From a virus (taxonomy: Duplodnaviria; Heunggongvirae; Uroviricota; Caudoviricetes): DNA of 64,000 bases. The DNA lies in the IMG/VR virus record IMGVR_UViG_3300044620_000288, positions 1 through 64,000 of that record; one strand, 5' to 3'. The notes beneath the pieces are model-generated. The model was not told where the DNA came from, ran no database searches, and saw nothing but the letters and a program-made list of their open reading frames with translations. The position numbers were made by a program, and so were the translations under genes. Positions 45,701 to 55,500 of the stretch are shown one piece after another; the first letter of the stretch is position 1; each line of letters begins with the position of its first letter.

Positions 45701-48238
45701 TCTGTTGTTTCTTATTACGCATCTCTTAAGAATGTATTTGTTAACCAATACGGACAAATCTATTCTTACACCACGGTGGACACTGGTTTCCAAGTGCCTG
45801 TGGATGATGTTACTCCCAATATACAAACAGTGTTTGGTGGTGATACATTCATTAGCAGGTTTGCATTCAAGACCAAGCTTCCATTCTTTATTGACAACCG
45901 TGTGAATGCTCCTGATGATAGTGATATATTCTATGATGAGATAGGTAACATAGCCTATCCAAAATACTGGCATTCAGCACGTTCTATTCTTAGAGACTAC
46001 ACTATTACAAGTGTAGGTGTGTTATCAAACATTATTTCCTACAAGGCTCACAACTTTGACTGTCCTAACAGTCAGTTTGTAGCTCCTGGGCAACCTAAGG
46101 ATAGCAATCCTGGAAGAACATTCTATGATGGATACTTCTACCTATTTGCATACGGTATTCCTAATTTCTATTGTGAGAGCTCTTATAACGTAGACTTACG
46201 TCAAGCTTTCAACGACAGAGAGGGTGACTTCTGGCCTCACGTGAGTACAGGTATTCCTGATGACTGGGTGCAACAAAGTTATGTTCCTATTGTTCAGGAT
46301 AACACCTACTTCTATAATGTAACATATTCTAAGCAGAACAAAGAGAATACATTTACAAATCTACCTATTGACTGGAATAGACCTTGCTTCACCTATTATC
46401 CTTTCAGAGCTATCTATTCTGATTCTCAGAACATTGACTCTGATAATAGAGTGAACAGTTGGTTGATTTACAGAGCTGTATCTTATTATGACTTCCCTCA
46501 GAACTATGGAGATCTTATATCTCTAGATGGAATTCAGAACAAGGCAGTGCTTGCTCGTTTTGAGAACAAGACACTCATGTACAACAACCTCCTTACGATA
46601 GATACAAGTAATCCTCAAGCAGCGTATGTTGGTAATCCTCAGTTCTTTAGATCAGCTCCTCCGATTGATTTCGCAGAAACTGATTTGGGATATGTAGGAA
46701 CCCAAAACAAGATGTTGCTGAAGATTCCACAAGGACAAGTGTCTGTGGATGCTAAGCGTGGTCAGGTATTTTTGATCTCTGGTACACAGGCTGTAGACCT
46801 GTCAGGGTTTGGTTCAGGACTTAATAGGTTCTTTACAGACCACCTGGCATTTGAAATCCTGCGTTACTTCCCAGATGTACCTACAGATAACCACTTCACA
46901 GGAATTGGTCTACATGGTGTATTTGATAGCAAGTATGACAGGGTGCTTATCACTAAGCTTGACTATGTTCCAAAGAGCAAAGATGTTAAATACGATGCTG
47001 TAAAGAGAGAGTTTTATGTTGAAAAGGCATACAAACAAATCCCTTATAACACTACTACTAGTACAACTACCTCTGCTGGTACCACGACTAGTACAACCAC
47101 ATCTGCTGGCACTACCACTAGTACAACAACATTTGGATCAACTACTACAACAACCACTCTTAAACCAATCACTGTACGTGAGAGAGTATATCTAACAGAT
47201 GAAGAGTACTTCTGTAATAAGAGCTGGACAGTGTCTTTCAACTTCAACACTAAGAGTTGGATAAGCTTCCACAGTTATATCCCTAACTGGTATATTGGTG
47301 AGAACAATTTCTTCTATTCTGGTCTTAATGGATGTTGTGATGACTTTGAAGTGATAGCTGGTGTTCCTGGACCTGTTCCAACCACCACTACTACATCTAG
47401 TACATCTACCACTTCTACAAGCTCAACTACCACTACAACCACTACAAAGAATTGTAACCTTGCGGGAACTGTTGTAGTTACAAGTTGTAACCTTGTAGGA
47501 ACAGCAATAGCAATTGGACCAACTCCACCACCTCCTTGTACAAGACCTGTGAAACTATTGAATGATGTATTCTATACAGGATATAATATCGTATCCCCAC
47601 CATCTAATGTTGTTTCTACAGGAAGTCAATTAGCTGCATGTAACGCTGTTGCCTATCTGAATACATTTGGTGGATCATATGTAAACGTTGTACCTACATT
47701 CCTCACTATCCAATATCAAGGACTCTACGTTGGATCTAGGGTGTTTGTGACCAATGGTACAAATGATTGTACAACTATTCCTAATGGTTGGTACTTTACA
47801 GGAGCTTCTCAAGCTGTTAACACAGTGTTCCAAGTGGTAGGTGGATTGATTGTATCAATTAATATTTGTCCTACAACCACTACAACAACAAGCACTAGTA
47901 GCAGTAGTACAACAACAACGTCATCTACTAGCACAACAACTAGTACATCGTCTACCACTACCACAACAACTACAGCTATACCTGTAACTACTACCACTAC
48001 ATCTAGTAGTAGTAGCACAACTACAACAACAACAGGCACACCAACAACAACCACAACTACTACCACTGCTGTACCTCCAACAACTACTACTACTACAAGT
48101 TCTAGTAGCACCAGTACTACTACATCAACTAGTAGCACTAGCACTACATCAACTAGTAGTAGTACAACAACTACAACAACTACAGCTGCACTTAATTGTT
48201 CACTTGCTGGAACAGCTGTTGAAGAATATCCATCATAA
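42776..48238 (+). CDS. giant structural protein (1820 aa) with three mucin-like poly-Thr/Ser linkers in the C-terminal third
   Basis: Uninterrupted 5.4-kb ORF. Linkers 'TTTSTTTSAGTTTSTTTSAGTTTSTTTFGSTTTTTTL', 'TTTTTSSTSTTSTSSTTTTTTT' and a ~100-aa T/S/P stretch. 'NC(N/S)LAGT' motif follows linkers 2 and 3. Confidence 0.7.
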   Translation: MAEQEQGNIRQEYNNATTGLNMDQTPNQIAKGKLTYAINATVENYDANSVNYQNEPGNELCVTFPSGFVLIGNHFIQEKNKHIFFITNPDTGASQIGQMENNDCVYRVIVNAPCLNFNTGYPIHKVAHKITNCTTEIYWTDGFNPRRYLDIDNIPKVLKSGTPFCDPEYTDDLDCNQLKLQPNFNIPQLEVTDVTSTGNLIAGTYQFAAQYSDAQGNPYTSYYSVTNPTPIADKFITSVNFNYPVGKSIILNISNLEDTGLYQYFNLAVIKTVNNITSVELAGTYYIDAVQKEITYTGQNVTQIRLTINDIFEKFPYYDIAQDLTTAQDVLIWDNLTSIDRINYQSIANQIPLLWESWRIPADQNYSDELNATNLRGYLRDEVYAFEIVFLLKNGKQTDGFHIPGRIKGATENLQPDVPDTNPDFIGVPDYTSGGIGYSSYWKIYNTGSVIGTSPGYSPAPDYRGPYQYGEFGYWESTDTYPCNKDVWGDLAGQPIRHHKFPDINVSPAYESKIFTGPSGMVQGNDAVFPIGVQLDVQLVSSLIQTSTLTPEQKDDIVAFKIIRADRGTNKSIVAKGILRNVNTYEREEETYYYPNYPYNDLNPDPFLNTTNNAYSQICDGYSVFIDTLVVDPAGGPSFAEVEYTDCNTNKTTKKKYFAIGQYPLCSIGKPTILGPATGRVGLSTYEIWTAQVCNPSPFAFARGGRIEWNDIYTGVTTQWVNGWPTSPVYTLYVVPGTGGPVQIEGPGNICFTGPTLVTGANCKAENPQPGFTEKYRQIFNSPETSFGQPFLGGVLKLESVMFGRGKGHFVEVRDNAKYKLLTEEAQRDALESAEELGDVTTPFNATAMFTAYQAYLTIYVNGITRKNYAYSFNSIGDYNYGVGVPDDLGIKQRNLDIARYLIPGVQNVGDIYNINNFQRESSVYLRTDLDRPGLPFPDQSPNMLSAGSSIVTDISRFTISERSKCQAPAKEEDMSVVSYYASLKNVFVNQYGQIYSYTTVDTGFQVPVDDVTPNIQTVFGGDTFISRFAFKTKLPFFIDNRVNAPDDSDIFYDEIGNIAYPKYWHSARSILRDYTITSVGVLSNIISYKAHNFDCPNSQFVAPGQPKDSNPGRTFYDGYFYLFAYGIPNFYCESSYNVDLRQAFNDREGDFWPHVSTGIPDDWVQQSYVPIVQDNTYFYNVTYSKQNKENTFTNLPIDWNRPCFTYYPFRAIYSDSQNIDSDNRVNSWLIYRAVSYYDFPQNYGDLISLDGIQNKAVLARFENKTLMYNNLLTIDTSNPQAAYVGNPQFFRSAPPIDFAETDLGYVGTQNKMLLKIPQGQVSVDAKRGQVFLISGTQAVDLSGFGSGLNRFFTDHLAFEILRYFPDVPTDNHFTGIGLHGVFDSKYDRVLITKLDYVPKSKDVKYDAVKREFYVEKAYKQIPYNTTTSTTTSAGTTTSTTTSAGTTTSTTTFGSTTTTTTLKPITVRERVYLTDEEYFCNKSWTVSFNFNTKSWISFHSYIPNWYIGENNFFYSGLNGCCDDFEVIAGVPGPVPTTTTTSSTSTTSTSSTTTTTTTKNCNLAGTVVVTSCNLVGTAIAIGPTPPPPCTRPVKLLNDVFYTGYNIVSPPSNVVSTGSQLAACNAVAYLNTFGGSYVNVVPTFLTIQYQGLYVGSRVFVTNGTNDCTTIPNGWYFTGASQAVNTVFQVVGGLIVSINICPTTTTTTSTSSSSTTTTSSTSTTTSTSSTTTTTTTAIPVTTTTTSSSSSTTTTTTGTPTTTTTTTTAVPPTTTTTTSSSSTSTTTSTSSTSTTSTSSSTTTTTTTAALNCSLAGTAVEEYPS
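47051..47160. repeat. poly-Thr/Ser coding low-complexity repeat 1
   Basis: act/aca/acc-rich tandem DNA. Confidence 0.8.
47381..47450. repeat. poly-Thr/Ser coding low-complexity repeat 2
   Basis: As above. Confidence 0.8.
47872..48190. repeat. poly-Thr/Ser/Pro coding low-complexity repeat 3
   Basis: As above; source of spurious antisense ORF 47809-48282. Confidence 0.8.
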
Positions 48239-48257
48239 CTTTTAAATATTATATACA

Positions 48258-48896
48258 ATGACAGTCTTAATAACGTTAACAACAGCTGGGGCAGACACAG
48301 GTCCTTTTAATCTCTACTCAAATGTAGATGGTTATGTTTCAGCATTTGAAACAGGGGTGTCTAAGGCAGCTCTCCAAGCTGGTTATTCATCTGCACTTGT
48401 TCCTAATGGTACAACAACCATAAGAATAAAGTCTACGGGCACTTGTGTAAACTACATAGATGTTACAGTGGTTACAACTACTACCACTACTTCTAGTACT
48501 TCTAGTACAACAACATCTACTTCTAGCACCACAACAACGTCTACTTCTAGTACCACAACAACCACTTCTAGTACTGCAGCACCTACTCAGTTGTTTGTTT
48601 ATGCAAAGTATATAAATTCTCCATCTGCTGGTAATTTACAATTTAGTATAAACTCAGGACCAAATTTCAATGCTGGTGCTGTACCAACATCATCTTGTGA
48701 TTATATGTTTACAATAAGTGGAATCACTGCAGGAGATAGCATCACATTTACTGACTCAAACACTCAGGCAATTGCAGGAAGTACATCTGTTTGTCCTTCA
48801 GGGCCTGGTGGATTTGGCTGTACATACAACTACTCTGTATTAGTGTCTGGTCCACAAACTGCATACATCTCAGTTGACGGAGCTAACGCTTGCTAA
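48258..48896 (+). CDS. structural protein: conserved N-terminal domain + poly-Thr/Ser linker + Cys-containing C-terminal domain (212 aa)
   Basis: ORF; N-terminal domain paralogous to that of the next gene. Confidence 0.55.
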   Translation: MTVLITLTTAGADTGPFNLYSNVDGYVSAFETGVSKAALQAGYSSALVPNGTTTIRIKSTGTCVNYIDVTVVTTTTTTSSTSSTTTSTSSTTTTSTSSTTTTTSSTAAPTQLFVYAKYINSPSAGNLQFSINSGPNFNAGAVPTSSCDYMFTISGITAGDSITFTDSNTQAIAGSTSVCPSGPGGFGCTYNYSVLVSGPQTAYISVDGANAC

Positions 48897-48907
48897 AATA
48901 AATAAGA

Positions 48908-49774
48908 ATGCCTAAGACAATCATCATAAAATTAACTAGCTCAGGACCTACAACAGGACCTTTTACAATCATTGACCAACTTGGAAACACTCTAGCAACG
49001 GGTGTTTCCAAGGGGGACTTGATTTCTGGGGTGAGCTATGTTGTAGATGATGCTGTTAATGTCATCACTGTAGAGTCTACAGGTAAGTGTAAGAGTAAGA
49101 AAAACTTCCCTGTCACTACAGTTAATCCCGTGAGTTTAGCAGCTACCACGTATAAACAAATATCAACTGCTTGTATCTGGAGGCACCTGAAGAATCCAGT
49201 GGTGTACAACTACTTCTATGGAAACATAGAACCTTACATCATTGAGTATCCTTTTGCCTATCAGTACCAGGATGAAATCTTACAGAGTGTACAGGATTAC
49301 ACCAAGGCATATAGATACTTCCCTGATCCAGATGGTATATCAGATGACAACCGTAAAATAGAAACCGACAATGCTTGGTTTAATAAGGCTGTCCTTTACA
49401 ATGGTCAACAGAGTACAGGTGTGCTTGAGTTGGTTCCTAAACCAATCAACAACCTCAAGGACTACTTAAAGTATCCTATATACAACACTGATAGTAAGAC
49501 AATTACATTCACTAAGAGTGATAACTTCTACCAGTATAATACATTCTGGTCATTGGTAAAAGACAAACAACTACCTCTCTTCATACGCACGTGCGAGTCT
49601 CTGTCTTTAGATAAGGTGGTGAATCAGGTGAATATGGATTATGGTAAGAGATCCTTCAAGAAGGAACCTCTACGTGCTAAGGAATTAAAGGTGCGACACA
49701 TCCTAGATAACCGTAGCGATGCACACTTAGTATCACAGTTTATTTACACACCTGCTCAAATCTCTTACAAGTAA
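48908..49774 (+). CDS. structural protein with N-terminal domain paralogous to 48258-48896 (288 aa)
   Basis: Shared 'T.I..LT..G..TGPF..........TGVSK..L..G.S.........I....STG.C' pattern. Confidence 0.55.
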   Translation: MPKTIIIKLTSSGPTTGPFTIIDQLGNTLATGVSKGDLISGVSYVVDDAVNVITVESTGKCKSKKNFPVTTVNPVSLAATTYKQISTACIWRHLKNPVVYNYFYGNIEPYIIEYPFAYQYQDEILQSVQDYTKAYRYFPDPDGISDDNRKIETDNAWFNKAVLYNGQQSTGVLELVPKPINNLKDYLKYPIYNTDSKTITFTKSDNFYQYNTFWSLVKDKQLPLFIRTCESLSLDKVVNQVNMDYGKRSFKKEPLRAKELKVRHILDNRSDAHLVSQFIYTPAQISYK

Positions 49775-52575
49775 TGAACAACTGGCTAGATAAATATGAA
49801 CAAGGAGGAATGGTCTTAAAACAAAAGACCAAGGATAACTATGGAAAGAAAGCTAACCCAAACAATCCTGATGTATCACTTCCTCCAGAATTCAAAGGAT
49901 TGGCATACAACACTAAGGGACGTAACTATAGTCCTGCATGGGGTGGACAGTTTGAGAATGGTGGATATGTAGCTCAAAAGGGTAAATCTATTCCTACAAC
50001 AGCAGATAGTGTACGTTTGTTTAATTCTCAAATGGCTCTCAACAAGTTTTATGACAATGAGATGAAAGCTGGAAAAATTAGAAAATTTCCAAGAAGTTCA
50101 TATTCAAGTGCTGATGTGTCATATAATTTTTCTCCTAGTTCGTTAAAACGGCTTAATGAAGAAAACTTACAATTTTATCGTGAAAAAATAAAAGAGAGAA
50201 ATACCTTTAGAGGTAGAGGTATTTATGATGAAAATTACGCAGAATATTTTAATTTAAGTCCTGAAAAAGTTCGTGAACTAGAAAATAAAGGATTAGCTCA
50301 GACAAAAGGTAATTCTGAATATCAACAATATTATAGAGATCTTATAACTCCAATGCAAAACTTAGCAAGTCCTTTTGCATTAGTTGATTCAAGAATACGT
50401 CCACAAGGACAAATAAGTTATGGTCCAATAATAGATGGTACTAATAAAAATGTCTATCCAGGAGGAAGCGTTTCAGTATTTGATTATGACCCTCTTGCTA
50501 TTAAACCTTATCACATGAGAACTGATAAGGAAAAGATAGAGTGGGAAAAGAAGTATGGTAAAAAAACTACCACTGAGAAATCAAAAACTGAACCAGAAAA
50601 GAAAAAGACTCCAGTAACTAAAAAATCTGAAGAAACTAAACCAGCACCATATACTCCTAAAGGAAGTAAGAAGTATATAGTAAATGGAATAGAGGTTAGT
50701 GAAGAAGACTTCTTAGGTACAGGTAGTACAACTGGTGGTAGCAAAAGAATTATATATAGTACACCAAAACTAAAAGATCGTAAAGTTCTTCGTTTAGATG
50801 GAACTCCTGAAACAGACCCAGAGAAGATTCGTAAGGCTATGCGTGCACAGGAAAAGGATGATGAGTTTCAAGATGGTGGTAACTTGATGCCAGCTATGGC
50901 TGGAGCTAACCAAACTATGCCTATGTATCAAATGGGTGGTAGTATTCCAGGTGCTGTAGGATTCACGTACGCACGTACAGTTGGAGCTGCTCCTAGTAAC
51001 GGTCCTTATGCTAAGAAGACAAAGGCTAGTGCACAGAATGGTATGGAGATGAAATACTATCAGGAAGGGCTAGACTTCAAGCCTAAGACCATTAGTAAGA
51101 ATGGTGGTTGGTTAGATAAATTTGATACAGCTCAGGATGGAAAATTTATGTCCAATCTTATATCTAAGGAGGAGAATAAAAACAGAGGTGATATAGCATC
51201 CTACTTTCCTCAAATACAAAGGATGAAGGATGAACCTAAGATAAAGGAGGTAATTGTTAAAGCTGATCAGAAAAGACAAAAACAAATACTTGCAGAGGCA
51301 GTTGCTATAGGTAATAAAAACAGAACCACTGTTAAACAAGATAATAGAACATCTAGAGAAAAAGAGATTGCTCAACAACAAGTTGTTAATGCATACTTGA
51401 ATGAAGCTAAAGGTAAGTCTCCTTTTGCTCAAACATTAAGTTCTTTCACACCAACAGGATATAATCCAGAGGCTAGTAAGATAGCCGCTGAAAACATAGG
51501 ACAAATGACTCCTATGATGGGAGCCACTAGATTATTTAACACTGTAAGAGATCCTGAAAATAACCCTTATGGTATTGGTCAAGGGAATGGATTTCTAGCA
51601 AATACATTAGGTACAATAGGATTACTTGGAGATGTTTTTGATGTAGGTGCTGTAACTGCTCCTGGTGTAAAAGCTGCAGGTAATTATCTTACCCAACAAA
51701 CACCTTTAAGAAATGCTCATAAGTTAAATCCTTATGCTTTAACTGATGATATATTGTTTAATAAAGAAGGAGTTGTTAACAGACAAATTTTTGGAGATGA
51801 AGCTTTTGAAAGCTTTAAGCAGTATGGTCCTACTACTAGACCAGGTGTTCCAGAAATAGATAAGTTTATGGAATTTATTAAAGCACCTAGATCACAAATA
51901 AGATCTGCAAATGATGAGGTGTTTGAGGTTGTAAACACTATGGAAGATGGAGCATTTAAATATCCATATTTTCAAGAAGGTAGTCTTTGGTATACAGGAC
52001 AGCAAAGAAATAATCTTGCTAAGGAATTAGGAAAAGAAAGAATTATAACAACTCCTAAGTCAGATATTTGGTTTGCACCAGCTGGAGAAGCTACATTAAT
52101 GGGTGGTGATGATCTTGTTTCAAAAGGTTTAATAGATAAGTACTCAAAAGGAAGAAGAGTTTTGATACCAGGAACTGAGTACGCCAAACCATCTAAGTAT
52201 TCTGTATTTGAACCACATTGGTGGAAAGGTTATAAACAAATACAAAAAGATGGTGGTGATATTCCTGTAGATCCTGATGGATATTGGAACCCTGAGAACT
52301 GGGGCAACCCTGTAATCATCCCATCCACAGATATCACTATGGGGGGTGTGGATCAACCGTTGATTGGTATATCCGATACAGGAGACACCCAATACATGGA
52401 ACCAGGAGAAGACTATGAGTTTGATGGAGAATACGTAACAGAATATCCTGTGGCTAAAAAAGGCATTAGTGTGAATAATGCTGACGCTCAACCTATTAAA
52501 AAGTTAGATCAATCACTTAACTTTACAAACTATAACAAACCAACCAAGGGTGGCTGGTTAGATAAATATAACTGA
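49774..52575 (+). CDS. large virion protein (933 aa) with 'GGWLDK[YF]' motif at N-terminus, mid-protein and C-terminus
   Basis: 'MNNWLDKYEQGG' (49774), 'KNGGWLDKFD' (about 51100), 'KGGWLDKYN*' (about 52545); basic K-rich central region. Confidence 0.6.
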   Translation: MNNWLDKYEQGGMVLKQKTKDNYGKKANPNNPDVSLPPEFKGLAYNTKGRNYSPAWGGQFENGGYVAQKGKSIPTTADSVRLFNSQMALNKFYDNEMKAGKIRKFPRSSYSSADVSYNFSPSSLKRLNEENLQFYREKIKERNTFRGRGIYDENYAEYFNLSPEKVRELENKGLAQTKGNSEYQQYYRDLITPMQNLASPFALVDSRIRPQGQISYGPIIDGTNKNVYPGGSVSVFDYDPLAIKPYHMRTDKEKIEWEKKYGKKTTTEKSKTEPEKKKTPVTKKSEETKPAPYTPKGSKKYIVNGIEVSEEDFLGTGSTTGGSKRIIYSTPKLKDRKVLRLDGTPETDPEKIRKAMRAQEKDDEFQDGGNLMPAMAGANQTMPMYQMGGSIPGAVGFTYARTVGAAPSNGPYAKKTKASAQNGMEMKYYQEGLDFKPKTISKNGGWLDKFDTAQDGKFMSNLISKEENKNRGDIASYFPQIQRMKDEPKIKEVIVKADQKRQKQILAEAVAIGNKNRTTVKQDNRTSREKEIAQQQVVNAYLNEAKGKSPFAQTLSSFTPTGYNPEASKIAAENIGQMTPMMGATRLFNTVRDPENNPYGIGQGNGFLANTLGTIGLLGDVFDVGAVTAPGVKAAGNYLTQQTPLRNAHKLNPYALTDDILFNKEGVVNRQIFGDEAFESFKQYGPTTRPGVPEIDKFMEFIKAPRSQIRSANDEVFEVVNTMEDGAFKYPYFQEGSLWYTGQQRNNLAKELGKERIITTPKSDIWFAPAGEATLMGGDDLVSKGLIDKYSKGRRVLIPGTEYAKPSKYSVFEPHWWKGYKQIQKDGGDIPVDPDGYWNPENWGNPVIIPSTDITMGGVDQPLIGISDTGDTQYMEPGEDYEFDGEYVTEYPVAKKGISVNNADAQPIKKLDQSLNFTNYNKPTKGGWLDKYN

Positions 52576-52576
52576 T

Positions 52577-55500
52577 ATGAAAAAACAGATCCTCAAAATT
52601 GCTGGTGTTAAGTCTGAAAAGGAATTCTACAAGAAGTATCCTACAGAAGAAGCTTTTATGAAATCACACAGTAAGGCTTTTAAGAAAGCCCAGATAGGAA
52701 CATTCATTGGTGGTGAACAAGACTCTGGTTTTCAACCAATTAGCTTCAAAGATATATATGATGAAGCTGATTACACCGTGACTGGATCTACAGAAGATAT
52801 GCGTAGAGAAGAAGCTTACAGGCAAGCTGAGCTAGCTGCTGCCCAACAACAGGGTGGTTCTGGTAGTGGAGGAGGACTTGGTAACATTGCTGGTGCTCTT
52901 GGAAACATTGGTAAAATGTTTGGTGAAGAAGGTGGTGGTGAAGGTATGGGTGATGCAGCATCTGCTTTTGCTGGTGCTAAAAAAGGAAAGAACATAAAGA
53001 AAGCACAAGGTGGAACTCAAACTCAACCTGAGCCTCAACAATCAGACTATCCTGACTATCAATCTTGGAAAGCAGACCACGATCTTTGGAGCAGTGGTCA
53101 GACATACATAGGTATGGGAGCTTCTTCATCTGGTGGTATATCAACTTCTCCTGCTAGCATTTCTAATCCTACATTAGAAATTGAAGAGAAGAAAGGTGAT
53201 TGGATGAAGCAAGTGGGTAAGTATGCAGGTCCTGCAGGTAAGATTGTACAAGGAATACAACAACTTAAAGAAGAAAAGAGAGCTCTTGAAAGAGCTGAGC
53301 AAGCTAGAGATGTGAGCGGACTTGTTAAACAAGCTGCTAGTACACGCCCTGAAGAAACCCAACGTAGATATGTTCGTCCTGAGGATATTACAAATACAGG
53401 AGAAGAGTTCTTCCCTATATATGGTGTAGGTACGAACGTGCTTGCAAAGAACGGAACTTCTGTTGGTGGTGGAGAAATCATGAACACATTTGCTCCTGAT
53501 ACACTTTATGATGATCTTGGATATGAACCATTAGATGATAGTCAACGTTATAAGCAATTCTACCACGGTGGTAAAATGCATAAAGCTCAGAATGGTGACT
53601 GGATGGAAGGCACAGGTTTCTATGACTTTGCTTCTTCTGGAGGAACAGATGCCGCTGGACAACTTCTTACAGGCATCACTGGTGAGAACGCTGGTGGTAA
53701 TCTAGGTGGTACAATTGGTGGCACCGCAGGTATGTTGATTGGTGGTCCTGCTGGTAAATTGATTGGTCAAACGGCTGGTCAATTGATTGGTACTGCTATT
53801 AATAGAAAACCTCAAAAGATTAATAAAGCAAAAGAAGCTACACAAAGAAATATACAAGGAGCTGCTCTTCAACAGGGTATGCAAGGTGGTCAAGCACAAT
53901 ACTCATCATTCATGGAGAATGGTGGAACAACCTCTCCATACGAATGGGTGAGCCATACATGGCAACCTCAGGTGATTGCTAGCTTCGGAGAACACAAGGT
54001 GAAAGACTTACTTAGACGTCCAAAGGATGCTGATATGCTCAGAGCTGGTGGTCATCTAAAAGAATACACTCCTCCTAGCGCAGCAGCTATGTCTACAGAA
54101 AGACCTGACTTCCAGATGGGTGGTGAACTTAAAACACACTGGGGTGGATATGCAGAGACCATGTCTCAAAACCCATACCTACCAGATGGTGGAGAAACCA
54201 TTATGTTCAGAGGTCAGTCTCACGATGAGTCTGACGGAAGAGGTAATACAGGTATTGGCATCACATATGGTGACAACCCTGTAGAGGTAGAAAGAGGTGA
54301 ACCAGCTATGAAGATGAAAGATGGTGGAGGTGCTCCTGGTGACAGTAGCCTTGTAGTGTTTGGTAACCTCAAGATACCTAAAGCTTATGTTCCATTCCTT
54401 AGTAAAGAAGCTGAGGGTAGGAAGTTTAAAACATATGTGGCTGACCTATCTAAGAAAGAAAGCAAGATTAATAAAAATGTTGATAAAGCTGTAAACCAGC
54501 TTGAGGAACTAAGTGTACAAAGTCCTTTTGACAAATTGAGATTAAACTCTTTAGACCTCACCATCAATGGTGGTAATGCTAAGTTGAAAGAAATTGCTGA
54601 TAATAAAACTTCAGCTGCTTCTCTGCAGAACGCTATTAATGACACAGCTGAGGAATACGGATTTGTTGCAGACGATCTTGCTAAGGGTAAGGTGAAGATA
54701 GATAAGAAAGCATTTAATGAAGCTGCTAAGTTTGGTAAAATGATTAAAGCTCAGGGAGGTGTAACTGCTGCTCCTGTAACTACCAAAGAAAGAGTGGCTG
54801 AAATTATGGCTTTGTATGAAAAGGCTAAACAAGTAAATGCTCAAAATCCAGGTAAAAAGAATCCTTTTATATTAGAACTTCAGAAGAAATATCACGAATA
54901 CTTCCCTGAGATTGCTGAACAAATCATTGTAAAATCTTCAGGTGTTACAGCAAAAGCTAAGTCAAAAGGAATCAAAAACATAGCAGATCTTAAGAAACAA
55001 CCAAGAGAAACAATCCTTGAAACAAATCTTGACGAATACTTTGGTCCTCGTACAGAACAATATATAGCAGCTCTACCAAAGACCTTTGACATTCCTACGG
55101 GAGGTCTTGGTATTCCAAAGAAAGACGAGCCTGTTATAGAAAAAACAACAACCGCTGAAACTACAATACCTATCACTCCTTACAAGAGAAACACACTTGT
55201 AGATATATTTGGCCAGATTCTTCCATATGTAAGACCTTCTGATATGGAAACTCTTGATCCAAATCAGTTGATGGGTGAGATGTATGCGTTGTCTACCAAT
55301 CAATTAGAACCTGTACAAGCTCAAACCCTACAGCCTCAATTAGATATTCCTTACGACATTTCTCTGCAAGACCAGTTAAATGAGAACGAGGCTACCTTCA
55401 GATCTCAACAGAGATTGATGGGGTACAATCCTGCTGCACAGGCTCAGCTGAATGCTCAGAAATACCAAGCTAATCAAAGAGTGTTGGGTGAGCAGTTCCG

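Noticed and set aside
47044-48282. Minus-strand ORFs 47044-47250 and 47809-48282 (poly-Val proteins)
   Set aside because: Antisense translation of the poly-Thr (ACN)n linkers of the 1820-aa gene; artefact of low-complexity DNA.
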